Virus record (IMG/VR): IMGVR_UViG_3300030450_002944 | Span: 17,308 to 81,307 of that record | Strand: one strand, 5' to 3' | Length of the DNA: 64,000 nucleotides | From: a virus | Made by a program: the position numbers and the translations under genes | The notes under the pieces: model-generated | What the model saw: the letters and a program-made list of their open reading frames with translations, nothing else | Told to the model about the DNA's origin: nothing | Databases searched by the model: none | Shown: one piece after another, positions 17,540 through 28,584 of the stretch | How the letters are laid out: each line of letters begins with the position of its first letter | Numbering within the stretch: the first letter of the stretch is position 1

Positions 17540-18115
17540 ATGGCAGATAAAAAGAATGCTAAAACTAAATCGACTACTAAGAAAGTAGCAGAAAAGAAAC
17601 CAAGATATGCAACATTAGAACCTCAAGTAGAGGAAGAAGAAGTTGTAGAAGAAAAGGTAGTAGAGGAAAAAATTGTAAATTCTTTTTCAACAGAAAAGGT
17701 AACTAAAAAAGCACCTAAAAAAACTGTGGAAGATGAGGAAGTTTTAAAAGAAAAAGCTAGAGCTGCAACAGTCGCTGCAGCAGAAAAAGCTAATCAACCT
17801 AAAGAAGTTAAACGATACGAAACTAAAATACTCATTAAAAAAGAGCCTATTGCTAAGAATATTTATGCAGCAACTTATGGGTATCATGAAACTACTGGTG
17901 AATTATCTATACTTCAAGGGGAAAATGGAGCATATGGTGCTGACATAGAAAATTTATTTAACAATGACATTATAATAATCGATAAAGAGACTGGGGCTAA
18001 ATCAGTAGTAAGTAGAACTGAAAATCCAAAATTATGGATCCAAAGTTTATATAAAGCTGAGTTAGGTAAACCATATATAGCTGAAGAGGCAAGGTCTTTT
18101 TATGAAACTGAATAA
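17540..18115 (+). CDS. Hypothetical protein
   Basis: GGAG RBS; 191 aa. Confidence 0.75.
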   Translation: MADKKNAKTKSTTKKVAEKKPRYATLEPQVEEEEVVEEKVVEEKIVNSFSTEKVTKKAPKKTVEDEEVLKEKARAATVAAAEKANQPKEVKRYETKILIKKEPIAKNIYAATYGYHETTGELSILQGENGAYGADIENLFNNDIIIIDKETGAKSVVSRTENPKLWIQSLYKAELGKPYIAEEARSFYETE

Positions 18116-19037
18116 TTTTTTTGAGAAAAGAACAGCAAGGAAGGTAACAAAGAAAATAATTTCTTTTAATAATGAAAAAAAGGAAAACGAGTTACATCAA
18201 AAAATAAATGAATTAGAAACAGAATTGAATAGATTAAAGGATATTGAAACACGAAGTGATCAGTTAGTAAACTCTAATAATGTTTTTATGAATGAGAAAT
18301 CAGGTTATTTAAAAGAAATTGATAACCAACATTCTGAACTTGAAGACTTAAAACTTTATATTTCTAATTTAGAGCCTAAAGCAACTGCAATGGAAGATGC
18401 TGTTAAAAGCTCTAAAGAACATCAAGATGCTTTAAATCAAGCAAAAGCGGATTTACAACAAAGTAAAAATAGTAGATTACAACAAGATAAGAACATTCAT
18501 ATGTTGTCTAAAGAGAGATCTGAGTTTCAACTTGAACTAAAAGATGTAGTAAAGAAGTATGAAGTGGAGAAAATGACCCATAAAAAGGTACATGATTTGT
18601 ATCAACATTTGAAAAAAGAATATGAAAATGTGTTGGGTTTTTCAAAAGAAAATAGTAAAATAAATATAGAGGCAAAGAATAAGATTAGGGATTTAGAACG
18701 AGAACTTAATTTTCTCGAACCTATGGTAATTGGACTTAGAAAACAATTAGCTAAAGCTGATAGTAATGAAGTCGAATTAAAAGAATGGCTTACTTCTTTA
18801 AAAGAAGAAATCCAAGAAAATGGAACTGGGGATTATGATTTCACGTTCCGTAAACTAAATGATTTAATATTAGATCATTATAGAAGATATAAGAAAGAAT
18901 TAGAAAAGCCTAGATACATGTCGATGGAGTCGATAGCTAGAAAGGAAGGGTTTAGAATGCCCGGAATTGCATCAGCTAAAAACTATACTAAGTTACATCT
19001 AGGTAATGCTAAACCAACATTATTAAAGTTTAAATAA
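18102..19037 (+). CDS. Coiled-coil protein
   Basis: Long heptad-rich E/K/L sequence. Confidence 0.7.
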   Translation: MKLNNFFEKRTARKVTKKIISFNNEKKENELHQKINELETELNRLKDIETRSDQLVNSNNVFMNEKSGYLKEIDNQHSELEDLKLYISNLEPKATAMEDAVKSSKEHQDALNQAKADLQQSKNSRLQQDKNIHMLSKERSEFQLELKDVVKKYEVEKMTHKKVHDLYQHLKKEYENVLGFSKENSKINIEAKNKIRDLERELNFLEPMVIGLRKQLAKADSNEVELKEWLTSLKEEIQENGTGDYDFTFRKLNDLILDHYRRYKKELEKPRYMSMESIARKEGFRMPGIASAKNYTKLHLGNAKPTLLKFK

Positions 19038-19047
19038 GGAGTAAAAT

Positions 19048-19368
19048 ATGGCAAAACCTTGGAGACAAGAAATTGAACTGCTTCAGAGCTATTCTAAGCA
19101 TAAGACGTTTACTTTTACAACGTCTAGTGGTTCTGCTGAAACAGCAGTAGATCTTGCAGCTAACTTTGAAGAAGTGAATAAAATTTCATTTGTTGTAGAA
19201 CTAGCAGACGCGTATGTAGCCTTCGATGAAGACGCAACTTCATCATCTATGCTTATCCCTGAAAATGAGGGGTATTTTGATGAAGGAGTATTTATGTCAA
19301 ATAAAATCAGTATTATACGTTCTAGCTCTACAAATGCAAGAGTTAGAGGTATAGTCTGGGGTAGATAG
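19048..19368 (+). CDS. Small beta-rich virion protein (possible decoration/spike base)
   Basis: Composition and position before the fibre gene. Confidence 0.5.
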   Translation: MAKPWRQEIELLQSYSKHKTFTFTTSSGSAETAVDLAANFEEVNKISFVVELADAYVAFDEDATSSSMLIPENEGYFDEGVFMSNKISIIRSSSTNARVRGIVWGR

Positions 19369-19391
19369 ATTATACATAGGAGCAACAACAA

Positions 19392-22300
19392 ATGCCAAAA
19401 AGTAGAGGAATACAAGGTGGACTTACCAGAGGTCGACTATTTGATACTAATATAAAAGCTACATCTATTGATGAGGATATTTTTACTGATCAAGAGGTAT
19501 TATCTTCTATTGCAGGAGATGATTTAGTATTAGTTCTTGATGTTTCAGAAACACCTGATAAAATTAAATATATTACTAGAACCAACTTTACAGCTGGTAT
19601 TACTACAGTAACAGTTACTGATAACGAATCTACTGCAGAAAATAATTTAATTACATTCGTAGCCGATGCAGCTACTGCAACAGGTGCTCATGGGTTAGAA
19701 ATGGATGGAGATTTCCATTATAATCCAAATACTGGCACTTTAACAGCTACTAATCTTACAGGAACTTTAGGTACAGCATCACAACCTAATGTAACCACTC
19801 TTGCTGGTGTAACAACGATGGGGACTGTATCAAATGCATTAACTCTTACTTTTAGTGATGCAACTTTATATCATGACGCAAATAATGCAGATACCTCATT
19901 TGCAATGGGTACTAGTGCAACTGAAGCATTAAAAATTGAAGTATTAAATGGTGGCTCTAATAAAACAGCAGAATCAATTGCTTTTACTACCTATACAGCA
20001 TCTAGTACAGGAGACCATGGAAAAATTACATTTAGTGTTGACGAAGCAGATGTTATGCTTACGATTGATGATGGTGGAATTTCAATTGCAGAAAGTGGGG
20101 CGTATGAAATAGATGGTACTGCAATATTATCAGATTCATCAGGCACTTTAACATTACAAAATGTAGATGCATTAGATGCTACTACAGAATCTACTATTGA
20201 ATCTGCACTAGATACATTATCTAATCTAACATCAATAGGTTCAACTGGTTCTACAACCAACTTTGTTGCAGGAGATGTAACAGTATATAATGCTGTAAAC
20301 GGTGGAAACCCTAGCGTTAGTTTGGGATCAGGAGCTAATGAGAGATTAGCAATAACTACAACTTATGATACAAGTGCTCAGACTTTAGATAAGGTAGAAT
20401 TTGCTACCCACGCAGCTTCAGGAACTGCAAATAAAGGTAAATTTGTATTTGATGTAGATGGCACAGATATTTTTGATATTGATGATTCAGGTATTAATTT
20501 AGCTTCTGGAAAAACTTTTAGAGTTAATGGAGCTACTACTATTGGAAGTGTTTATGATTTTTCAGATGCAGCAATAGCAGATGGGGATTCAATACTCTTT
20601 TCTGATTCAGATGATAGTAATGCTACTAAAAGAGATGCACTAGCAGACGTTGCAACATTGTTTGCAGGTGCTGGTATGACAGCTACAAGTTCTGTATTAA
20701 ACGTAATCGCAGGTACAGGTATAGATGTAACTTCTGATGCAGTTGCAGTAGATGTTTCCGACTTTATGTCTAATGGTGCTAATAATTATGTTGTAACTGC
20801 AACAGGCACAGATGCTATGAACGCAGAGGCTCAATTAACTTTTGATGGAGATGTGCTTGCAATTACAGGTACAGGTTCAGCAACAGGTAATAAAGATATT
20901 TTAACAATTACAAATGATGCAAATGCTTCTAGTATGACTGCTACTGAAACATCCATCTTATTTAATCAATGGTATTACGATGGTTCTAGTCCAGCAGTAG
21001 CAGATGCTGGTAGAATTTCTATAGGTACTGAAGGAAACTGGACTTCTACTGGTAGTACTCAAGATGCTTACATGGCATTAGAAACTGCACTTAATGGAAC
21101 TGTAACTGAAAATGTTAGAATTACAAGTGCGGGTCTTGTAGGAATTAATAATACAGACCCCGGTAGTTTATTAGATGTTCGTGGAGATGCTGGAGCACCG
21201 GGAATTTTAACTTTATCTACTGCTGAAACAACAGTTGTTGATGGAGATAAATTAGGTAGGATTGATTTCCAAGCTCCTAAAGAAACTGGAGCAGATGCAC
21301 TTCTTGTATCTGCAGCTATTTGGGCAGAATCAGATGTTACTTTTGATGCCACTAACAATGCAACAGATTTAGTTATAGCATTAGGACATTCTGAAGCAGC
21401 AGCAGAAAAATTTAGATTTACAAGTCAAAATGAACTAGGTATAGCAGGAGCTAACTATGGTACTGATGGGCAAGTACTAACTTCAGGTGGTGCTGGAGCT
21501 GCAGTGGCTTGGGAAGATGCTGCAACTGGAGATATTACAGGTGTAACAGCAGGTGTAGGACTTAGTGGAGGTGGAACTTCAGGTGGTGTAACATTAACAC
21601 TAGACTTATCAGAATTAAGTGCAGTAACACCAGCGGCTAGTGATAGCTTTTCAACATTAGATTCAGATGGTGCAAATGAACAACTTACAACAACTGATGC
21701 TCTTGCGACATTATTTGCTGGAACTGGTTTAACAGCATCAAGTGCTGTTATAGGTGTAGATGCTTCACAAGCAATTAATGCATTAACTGGAGGAGATTTA
21801 ACAATATATGATGACCAAAATAATGCTGATGTGTCCTTCAAAATGGGAACAAGTGCGACTGAAGCATTAAGTATAGAGGTTCTTAATGGTGGTAGTGATA
21901 AGATAAACGTAGAAACTAAATTTCAAACGACTACAGGTGATGGCACAGCAAACTATGGTAAGTTTTCATTTTATGTTGATGAAGCAGAGATATTAGACAT
22001 TGATGACGGTGGTATTGATTTAGCTTCTGGTATGACTTTTGCAGTAAATGGCACAGATGTTGTTTCTGCAACTGGTGCTAATACAGCACTTACATCTGTA
22101 TATAACTCAAGTCTTGCAGTTGGATATGGAGCTTCCCACGCTAATATAGATTTTGGAACTGATAACAGTATTATTTTTGATATTGATGGAACATCACAGA
22201 TACAACTAGATGATGGAATATTAAAACCAACTACAGATGTTGATGTTGATTTGGGTACTGCTACTTTAAGATACAAGAGTTTATATGCTCAAAAATTTGC

Positions 22301-22718
22301 AATGGATGCTTCTGCTGATGGAATAGCAGAACATGATTATTCAGGTATAACTGCTTTGCTTAGAGTAGGTGATGGAGCTGATGTAGGAGCTTTTGACTTA
22401 GTATGTATAAGTGATGTGACTAATGAGGTTCAAATAGCAGATGCAGATGCAGTTGCAACATCTAAGGTTATAGGAATAAACCCAAGCAATAGTGCTATTT
22501 CAGACAATTCAGAGGGAATCATATTATTACATGGAATTGTTAGAGATGATTCTTGGAGCTGGACTACTGGGCAAACATTATACCTATCTACAACGGCAGG
22601 AGATATAACGGCTACAGCTCCAACAGGTTCAGGTGATTGTGTTGTTCCTATTGGTGTAGCACTAGAACCAGACATGATATATTTTAATCCAACTCAAAGT
22701 ATTGTTGAATTAGCATAA
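19392..22718 (+). CDS. Long fibre/spike protein with internal repeats
   Basis: G/T/A/D/S-rich, 1108 aa, duplicated segments, C-terminal cement-like domain. Confidence 0.75.
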   Translation: MPKSRGIQGGLTRGRLFDTNIKATSIDEDIFTDQEVLSSIAGDDLVLVLDVSETPDKIKYITRTNFTAGITTVTVTDNESTAENNLITFVADAATATGAHGLEMDGDFHYNPNTGTLTATNLTGTLGTASQPNVTTLAGVTTMGTVSNALTLTFSDATLYHDANNADTSFAMGTSATEALKIEVLNGGSNKTAESIAFTTYTASSTGDHGKITFSVDEADVMLTIDDGGISIAESGAYEIDGTAILSDSSGTLTLQNVDALDATTESTIESALDTLSNLTSIGSTGSTTNFVAGDVTVYNAVNGGNPSVSLGSGANERLAITTTYDTSAQTLDKVEFATHAASGTANKGKFVFDVDGTDIFDIDDSGINLASGKTFRVNGATTIGSVYDFSDAAIADGDSILFSDSDDSNATKRDALADVATLFAGAGMTATSSVLNVIAGTGIDVTSDAVAVDVSDFMSNGANNYVVTATGTDAMNAEAQLTFDGDVLAITGTGSATGNKDILTITNDANASSMTATETSILFNQWYYDGSSPAVADAGRISIGTEGNWTSTGSTQDAYMALETALNGTVTENVRITSAGLVGINNTDPGSLLDVRGDAGAPGILTLSTAETTVVDGDKLGRIDFQAPKETGADALLVSAAIWAESDVTFDATNNATDLVIALGHSEAAAEKFRFTSQNELGIAGANYGTDGQVLTSGGAGAAVAWEDAATGDITGVTAGVGLSGGGTSGGVTLTLDLSELSAVTPAASDSFSTLDSDGANEQLTTTDALATLFAGTGLTASSAVIGVDASQAINALTGGDLTIYDDQNNADVSFKMGTSATEALSIEVLNGGSDKINVETKFQTTTGDGTANYGKFSFYVDEAEILDIDDGGIDLASGMTFAVNGTDVVSATGANTALTSVYNSSLAVGYGASHANIDFGTDNSIIFDIDGTSQIQLDDGILKPTTDVDVDLGTATLRYKSLYAQKFAMDASADGIAEHDYSGITALLRVGDGADVGAFDLVCISDVTNEVQIADADAVATSKVIGINPSNSAISDNSEGIILLHGIVRDDSWSWTTGQTLYLSTTAGDITATAPTGSGDCVVPIGVALEPDMIYFNPTQSIVELA

Positions 22719-22735
22719 TAGCATAAGGAGAACTT

Positions 22736-25024
22736 ATGGCAGATATAAGTAAAATTAATGGAGTCGATATAGGCGACATTGAAAAAATTAATGGTGCAGA
22801 TAAAGGTGACCTAGAGAAATTCAATACTGGAGAAGTACCTGCATCACAAACAGATCCAAGTGTTTCAGCATTAACAAACTACCAATTTGATTCTGGAGAT
22901 GCTAAAAATGGGGCAATGGCATATAGCCCAGATGATTCTACACTAGGTGTTGCATACTGTGATGGTGGGAACAGTAGTTATCCTACAGTAAGATTAGGAA
23001 CTTTATCAGGTACAACAATTACATGGGGAAATGAGACAGTTTGTGAGTCTGCGTCATGTGGACCAATGGGGCTTGCATATGATACAAATGTTGATAGATA
23101 TGTGGTAGCTTGGCAGGTAAGTGGTTCAGGTAACGCCCCTAAAGTAGCAGGAGCAAGTGTGGAAAGTGGACCAGTTATAGGTAGCCTACAAACAGATTCA
23201 CTCTCACAAGTAAGTGGTAAAGGTGATGGAAAAACACCTGAAGGTAATATGCTTATTTACGACCCAGCAGGTTCAAGAACGCTTTTATATTTTGGTAGGT
23301 CAGGTAGTCATAACATGGACCAAGATGATATTTTTCCAATTACATTTGATGATGTAGGTAGTGATAATAGTGTAACAATTAATTCAGCTACAACAGTATC
23401 AAATAGTGGTGCAGATTATACACAAGCAATGTCTTTGGCTTATGATGCATCAGCAAATAAAGTAGTAGGTATATATCAAGGTAGGGGTTCTCCATATAAA
23501 GTAACTGCTTTTGTAGTGTCAGGCACAGGTACAACTGTAACTGCGAATACAGGAGTAGAATATGCAAATACAAGCATAATGTGCCATAATGGAGACTCTG
23601 GTGGAAGTAGTTTAAATAGGCACAGAGCAGATAATTCACAATTGTTAGTTCATGTAAACGGAGTAAATCATTGCCTGCTTTTTGATGATAGTGATGATAC
23701 ATATGTTTTAACTGGATTTACAGTATCTGGAACCACACCAACTTGGCTAGTTGATTCACACCAAAGTAAACCAATAAGGTCAAATGATATACTCAACCAA
23801 TTTGACGCTGAACTTAGTTATGGTGATGATGATGACCGGGATGGTGGAGGCGAAGATGAATATGCTACCTATGGTTTATTTGCTAACTCTGGTAGAAACA
23901 GATTTGCACTTGCAGGTCCAGAAGATAAAAGCGACACAGGTGATATGAATGTAGTTGGCGTAGAATATGCTGCTGCTACTGGGTATCATTTTATTGGTGG
24001 GTATTTAGAATTGCATAGTGAACAGGTGCATTTTAATTATGGAGATGTAGATATAAACAACGATTCATGGTATTCAAAACATGCTTTAATAACAGGGCAA
24101 CCTATTGATGATAGTGGGGGTTATGTATTAGCCTTTGACCCCGGTGTAGGGCAAAGAGCTACTAGTGGTGCTATATGGAGTTTATCAAGTGCAACACTAA
24201 GTACTGCACGAAGTAGAAACGGTATAGGAATAGGAACTTCAAGAATTGCAAGTATGACGGGTGGTGGAACTAATACAAGTGCTACTAAATTAGTCAGTAC
24301 AGAGGAATATAATGGTAGTACCATTACTGCTGGTGGTAATATGGCAACTGCGAGAATGGCACCATCAGGAACAGGAACATTAACAGCAGGTTTAGTATTA
24401 GGTGGTACAACTGCATCTGGAGAAGTATTAACTACAGAAGAATATGATGGCTCATCTTTTAGTAGTGGGGGAACTGCTAATGTAGTTGGTGGCGAACAAG
24501 CTGGCATGTGTGGCACTCAAACTTCTGCGATAGCAGCAGGTGGTTATGTGGGTAGCTACGCTACTCAAATAGAAACATACAATGGTAGTTCTTGGTCAGA
24601 TACGGGTGCAGATTTGGATGATGGTAAGGGATATCTGGGAGCTGCTGGAACTTCAAGTGATTGCATATTTTTTGGAGGTACAGGTAGTGGTGGTGGTGCA
24701 AATAGACAAAGAACAGAAGGCTGGGATGGAAGTTCATTAACAACATTAAACAGTATGTCCAATGGTAGAAATGTATTCCAATCTGCTGGAACTAGAAATG
24801 ATGTTGTCTTAACTGGGGGTAGTAGATATTCAAATAATGATGGAGAGGTTTGGAATGGTACGTCTTGGGCAGCATCCTCTACAAATGGTCTTTCAGGTGC
24901 AGATTTATATTCATCATCAGACAATGTAGATTGTAGTGGTACATCTGCTGCCGTATTTTTTGGTGGTGGTACAGCTACTGGTTATGGCGATGCAACTAAT
25001 AGAATAGCACATTACGATAGGTAA
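22736..25024 (+). CDS. Kelch-like beta-propeller virion/receptor-binding protein
   Basis: Repeated GG...TEEY(N/D)GS units; N-terminal I.KINGV adaptor repeat. Confidence 0.7.
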   Translation: MADISKINGVDIGDIEKINGADKGDLEKFNTGEVPASQTDPSVSALTNYQFDSGDAKNGAMAYSPDDSTLGVAYCDGGNSSYPTVRLGTLSGTTITWGNETVCESASCGPMGLAYDTNVDRYVVAWQVSGSGNAPKVAGASVESGPVIGSLQTDSLSQVSGKGDGKTPEGNMLIYDPAGSRTLLYFGRSGSHNMDQDDIFPITFDDVGSDNSVTINSATTVSNSGADYTQAMSLAYDASANKVVGIYQGRGSPYKVTAFVVSGTGTTVTANTGVEYANTSIMCHNGDSGGSSLNRHRADNSQLLVHVNGVNHCLLFDDSDDTYVLTGFTVSGTTPTWLVDSHQSKPIRSNDILNQFDAELSYGDDDDRDGGGEDEYATYGLFANSGRNRFALAGPEDKSDTGDMNVVGVEYAAATGYHFIGGYLELHSEQVHFNYGDVDINNDSWYSKHALITGQPIDDSGGYVLAFDPGVGQRATSGAIWSLSSATLSTARSRNGIGIGTSRIASMTGGGTNTSATKLVSTEEYNGSTITAGGNMATARMAPSGTGTLTAGLVLGGTTASGEVLTTEEYDGSSFSSGGTANVVGGEQAGMCGTQTSAIAAGGYVGSYATQIETYNGSSWSDTGADLDDGKGYLGAAGTSSDCIFFGGTGSGGGANRQRTEGWDGSSLTTLNSMSNGRNVFQSAGTRNDVVLTGGSRYSNNDGEVWNGTSWAASSTNGLSGADLYSSSDNVDCSGTSAAVFFGGGTATGYGDATNRIAHYDR

Positions 25025-25028
25025 AATT

Positions 25029-25319
25029 ATGATTTATTTTTATGGACAACAAATAACTGAATATACACACAGTGATGCAAAAAGATTTAAACTTACAGGG
25101 TATCCGGGTGACATCTATAAAGCAGTAGATAATGCTGATTATGGTGGTGGCGTAGAACATTGTACAGAGTGGGTAAATAAATATAGTTATACAATTAAAA
25201 CAAAAGCAGAAGCACAAGAACTAGTAAATGCTGGTATAATAGAAGAGAATAATAAATATAGCAATGATGCCTTAATAGGTGGAGAGAAACCAGTACAAGG
25301 AGAGATAACACTTGAATAA
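25029..25319 (+). CDS. Hypothetical protein (fibre-associated)
   Basis: Operon position. Confidence 0.65.
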   Translation: MIYFYGQQITEYTHSDAKRFKLTGYPGDIYKAVDNADYGGGVEHCTEWVNKYSYTIKTKAEAQELVNAGIIEENNKYSNDALIGGEKPVQGEITLE

Positions 25320-25956
25320 TTTTCCAATGTTAAAAAAAGAAGATAATAACTTCTTAAAAGAATTAAAAAAAGAATTAGAAGCAACACATAATAAAGTACA
25401 GATATACAGAACTGAAACAGAAATGCGATATTCTGTTTTAAATGATGCTAGCTTTCCTACAAAAGCCAGTAAATATTGGCAATGTGTTAGAGAACAAGAT
25501 GTTTTTTATACTAATTTAAGAGAAGAATCTTATGCATATAGAAAACTTTTAGTTGAAATACAAAAAATAGAAAGAGCAATAAAAAACGAACAGGATGATT
25601 TAGAGATAGAATTACTGGAAATAGGACTTGAACAAAAATTATGGGAAAAAGAAGAAAGAGAAAGAATGGGTAAAGATAGAGTAAGAGAAATAGAACATTG
25701 GTCTAGGCTTAAAAAAGAACTAGATGATGGTTCATTCGATACAAAAAATGTTAATGTACATCAAAAAGAATCATTAAAGCTACAGTTACAAGAGAGAGCA
25801 AAAAACTTAACACCGGGCAGTTCTCAAGGGGAAGCATTAAATGTAATAGGTCCTCTTAAAACAATAGACCCAGAGTTTAGAAACCAACTTGAAGCACAAG
25901 AGAGGATAGCTCTTGAGGCAAACAAAAGGCAGGCATTAAATGGCAAAAATAATTAG
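25312..25956 (+). CDS. Conserved coiled-coil phage protein (SKYWQCVREQ motif)
   Basis: Helical protein; GGAG RBS before a TTG start. Confidence 0.7.
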   Translation: MNNFPMLKKEDNNFLKELKKELEATHNKVQIYRTETEMRYSVLNDASFPTKASKYWQCVREQDVFYTNLREESYAYRKLLVEIQKIERAIKNEQDDLEIELLEIGLEQKLWEKEERERMGKDRVREIEHWSRLKKELDDGSFDTKNVNVHQKESLKLQLQERAKNLTPGSSQGEALNVIGPLKTIDPEFRNQLEAQERIALEANKRQALNGKNN

Positions 25957-26248
25957 AAGAAAGTCTGATAATAAGGTATTTTACTGTTTAGATAATGCAG
26001 AAACTGCTGACCTTACATCTACAGTATTTAATTTTACACTAGATAATGGTGGAAGAACATTAACAGCATTAGACATAAACTCATCTACACACGAACTACT
26101 AACTGGTATTACACCACCCACAACATTTACTGGAAGTGGCGTTTTTACTTATGATGGAAGTTCATGGACAATAGATACTGACTTGTTAAATAAGATTAAT
26201 GCAGGTAGAACAATACACGATAGCCCTAATATAGTAGCAGAAGTTTAA
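25940..26248 (+). CDS. Hypothetical protein, possible fibre assembly chaperone
   Basis: C-terminal P..F....FTYDGSSW motif. Confidence 0.55.
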   Translation: MAKIIRRKSDNKVFYCLDNAETADLTSTVFNFTLDNGGRTLTALDINSSTHELLTGITPPTTFTGSGVFTYDGSSWTIDTDLLNKINAGRTIHDSPNIVAEV

Positions 26249-26357
26249 ATATTTAGTGGAAAAAAGTCGTAAATCTATAGAAAATTAGTATAATAGTAAG
26301 AGAGGGTTGACTTAGGTATAAGGATTATGATATAATTACTTATAGGGAGGTCTACTA

Positions 26358-26714
26358 ATGAAGACATTATATAGTAAATGGACTAAAGAAGAGTATAAGG
26401 TTGCAGAAGTAACTTATAAAACACACTTCAAAAGAACTAAGACAGTTGAAGCGAAAATACGGAGATATGAAAAAAGTCATATCCCTTATTTTTTAACTAC
26501 AAATGCTTTAGAAAATGAGAAGGTGCAATGGACAACTAAAAATTTTACCTATGAAGGTATGGATGAAAGAGTTTTTGATAAAGAAGAAGAACTTTTTATA
26601 GATAGTGCAGGTTGGGTAATACAAAAAGGTAAACTTTTAAGATATAATAATGGGAAATCAATCCATATAAAGAATTTACTGCCTGAATTATGGGCAACAA
26701 AGAATAGAAAATAG
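26358..26714 (+). CDS. Hypothetical protein with own sigma70 promoter (moron-like)
   Basis: TTGACT-N18-TATAAT at 26307-26336; GGAGG RBS. Confidence 0.7.
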   Translation: MKTLYSKWTKEEYKVAEVTYKTHFKRTKTVEAKIRRYEKSHIPYFLTTNALENEKVQWTTKNFTYEGMDERVFDKEEELFIDSAGWVIQKGKLLRYNNGKSIHIKNLLPELWATKNRK

Positions 26715-26725
26715 GAGGACATAAT

Positions 26726-26980
26726 ATGTCAGAGACTAATGAAGTTAAAGAGATAGATATAACTAATGATCTAGGTTTACTAGAAAAAGAAATAGGGAAT
26801 ATTTCTGAACAACTTAGACAAGTAGATGAGAATAGAATGCAACTAATAACTAAGTTACAACAAATACAGGGAGCGGCTGCTTATTTAAGAGGCAAACAAG
26901 ACCCAACACCTGAAGAAAATGTAGCAGCAGTATTGGATGAAGAAGAAAAGTCTGAGGAGGAATCAACAGATAATAAATAA
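26726..26980 (+). CDS. Small coiled-coil protein
   Basis: GGAGG RBS. Confidence 0.7.
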   Translation: MSETNEVKEIDITNDLGLLEKEIGNISEQLRQVDENRMQLITKLQQIQGAAAYLRGKQDPTPEENVAAVLDEEEKSEEESTDNK

Positions 26981-26992
26981 TAGGAGGGTTAA

Positions 26993-28111
26993 ATGCCATC
27001 TACTGTAGAACAATATTTTGACATCGTAGAAGTTTATGATGGTAGTTCATTTACAGATAGGACATTAGAAGCACAGTCACCAGCTGGTACTGCATTTTCC
27101 GTATTAGCAGGCACTGATGACTTTTTATATTTAGGAGATGCGTCTAAATTTGATATGGCTTTGTTTGATATAGACACAGCTGGTAGTCTAGGCACGCTTA
27201 AATATGAATACTATAATGGTTCTGCATGGAAGGAATTTATACCTTTGTCTGGAACATATCAACATGATCCTGATGATAACGAATATACTGCTTATGGATT
27301 TGATGAAGATGGAGCTGAAACATTTCCAGTAAATAGGTTAGGTAATTGGGCTGAAGTAGCTATTGATGGTGAATCAGCTTTTTGGATTAGGATTAGTAGC
27401 CCAACTTCTGTATCAACTGCACCCACTATAAAGAGTATTAGAAAACGTGGAGTACAAGCATATTGTACAACAGCAGATGTATTTCAATTATTACAACTAG
27501 GAAATGTAATAGGGGGAGATAACTTTACCTCATCTACAACACCTAGTCTAGCTACAGTAGAAAATTTTATTCATGAAGCTCAATCTAAAATAGATTATTA
27601 CACAAGAAAATCTTGGAGACCTAATATAGTTTATAATGAATATCATGAATTTAATCTTAATGGATTTAAATTAGACAGATTAGATCCATACAAAGTAATA
27701 AAAGTTCAAATATGGAATGGTGGAAACTGGGATAGTAAAAGTCCCGGAAGAAAAAGTGATTTCTTCCTAATTCCAAATACAGGAATGGTACAATTTTCTA
27801 GATATTTCTTACTTCCTGCAAGATTCACATCTTACAATGCTCCAGTTTGGAGATGGGGAGGTGGAGAATTCACAATGCCTGTTAAGGTAACTTATTTATA
27901 TGGTCGAGATTTAACAACAGACGGTAGAGATGGACCTCTAATTACAGATGTATGTAAAAAATTAGCAGCTATTGATGTACTTAGAGACGCTGATTTTGGT
28001 GGTGTAACAGTGAGTGGTATGGATAGAGTACAATTATCTCAAAAAATTGATGGTTGGACTGCTGAAACACTAGAAATTATGGATTCTCTCCGATCATTTG
28101 AGGTATTTTAA
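26993..28111 (+). CDS. Head-tail adaptor/neck protein with extra N-terminal domain
   Basis: AYCTTADV...I.EAQSKIDYYT...VKVTYLYG pattern typical of adaptors. Confidence 0.7.
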   Translation: MPSTVEQYFDIVEVYDGSSFTDRTLEAQSPAGTAFSVLAGTDDFLYLGDASKFDMALFDIDTAGSLGTLKYEYYNGSAWKEFIPLSGTYQHDPDDNEYTAYGFDEDGAETFPVNRLGNWAEVAIDGESAFWIRISSPTSVSTAPTIKSIRKRGVQAYCTTADVFQLLQLGNVIGGDNFTSSTTPSLATVENFIHEAQSKIDYYTRKSWRPNIVYNEYHEFNLNGFKLDRLDPYKVIKVQIWNGGNWDSKSPGRKSDFFLIPNTGMVQFSRYFLLPARFTSYNAPVWRWGGGEFTMPVKVTYLYGRDLTTDGRDGPLITDVCKKLAAIDVLRDADFGGVTVSGMDRVQLSQKIDGWTAETLEIMDSLRSFEVF

Positions 28112-28548
28112 TGGCTAATGAACCAATGCCAGCTAAAGAATTTACTGATGAATTAAATTCACAATGGAATGCAAGTAATGTTACTGAACCTAATTATATT
28201 GTGGTTACAGGGGCAAGCGAACAACTAAGATATGATCTTAATAAAGGAGATTATATTATTGCTGGTCCCGGAAGTCCTGAAATTCAAGAAATTCCTATTG
28301 GAAACCATAAATATGGGGATAGAATTTATGCTGTAGATTTAGAATTATATACTAATGATAGTCGTCAAAGACTATATAATTTAATGCAAGAGGTAAGACG
28401 AATATGTCATGCTAGACGACATAGTTTAACTAATTTTCAGAGGGTAACCTTTGAGAGTTTTTCTGAAGATATGGACGAAAACGTCAATGTTTGGAGCGGT
28501 ACTATTGGAATTGAGTTAGAAAATAGCTCTGTTTTGTTGGAAACTTAA
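28111..28548 (+). CDS. Tail terminator/completion protein
   Basis: Size and position between adaptor and tail tube. Confidence 0.55.
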   Translation: MANEPMPAKEFTDELNSQWNASNVTEPNYIVVTGASEQLRYDLNKGDYIIAGPGSPEIQEIPIGNHKYGDRIYAVDLELYTNDSRQRLYNLMQEVRRICHARRHSLTNFQRVTFESFSEDMDENVNVWSGTIGIELENSSVLLET

Positions 28549-28584
28549 GTAATTCTAGTATAATATATATGAGGAGAAAATAAT

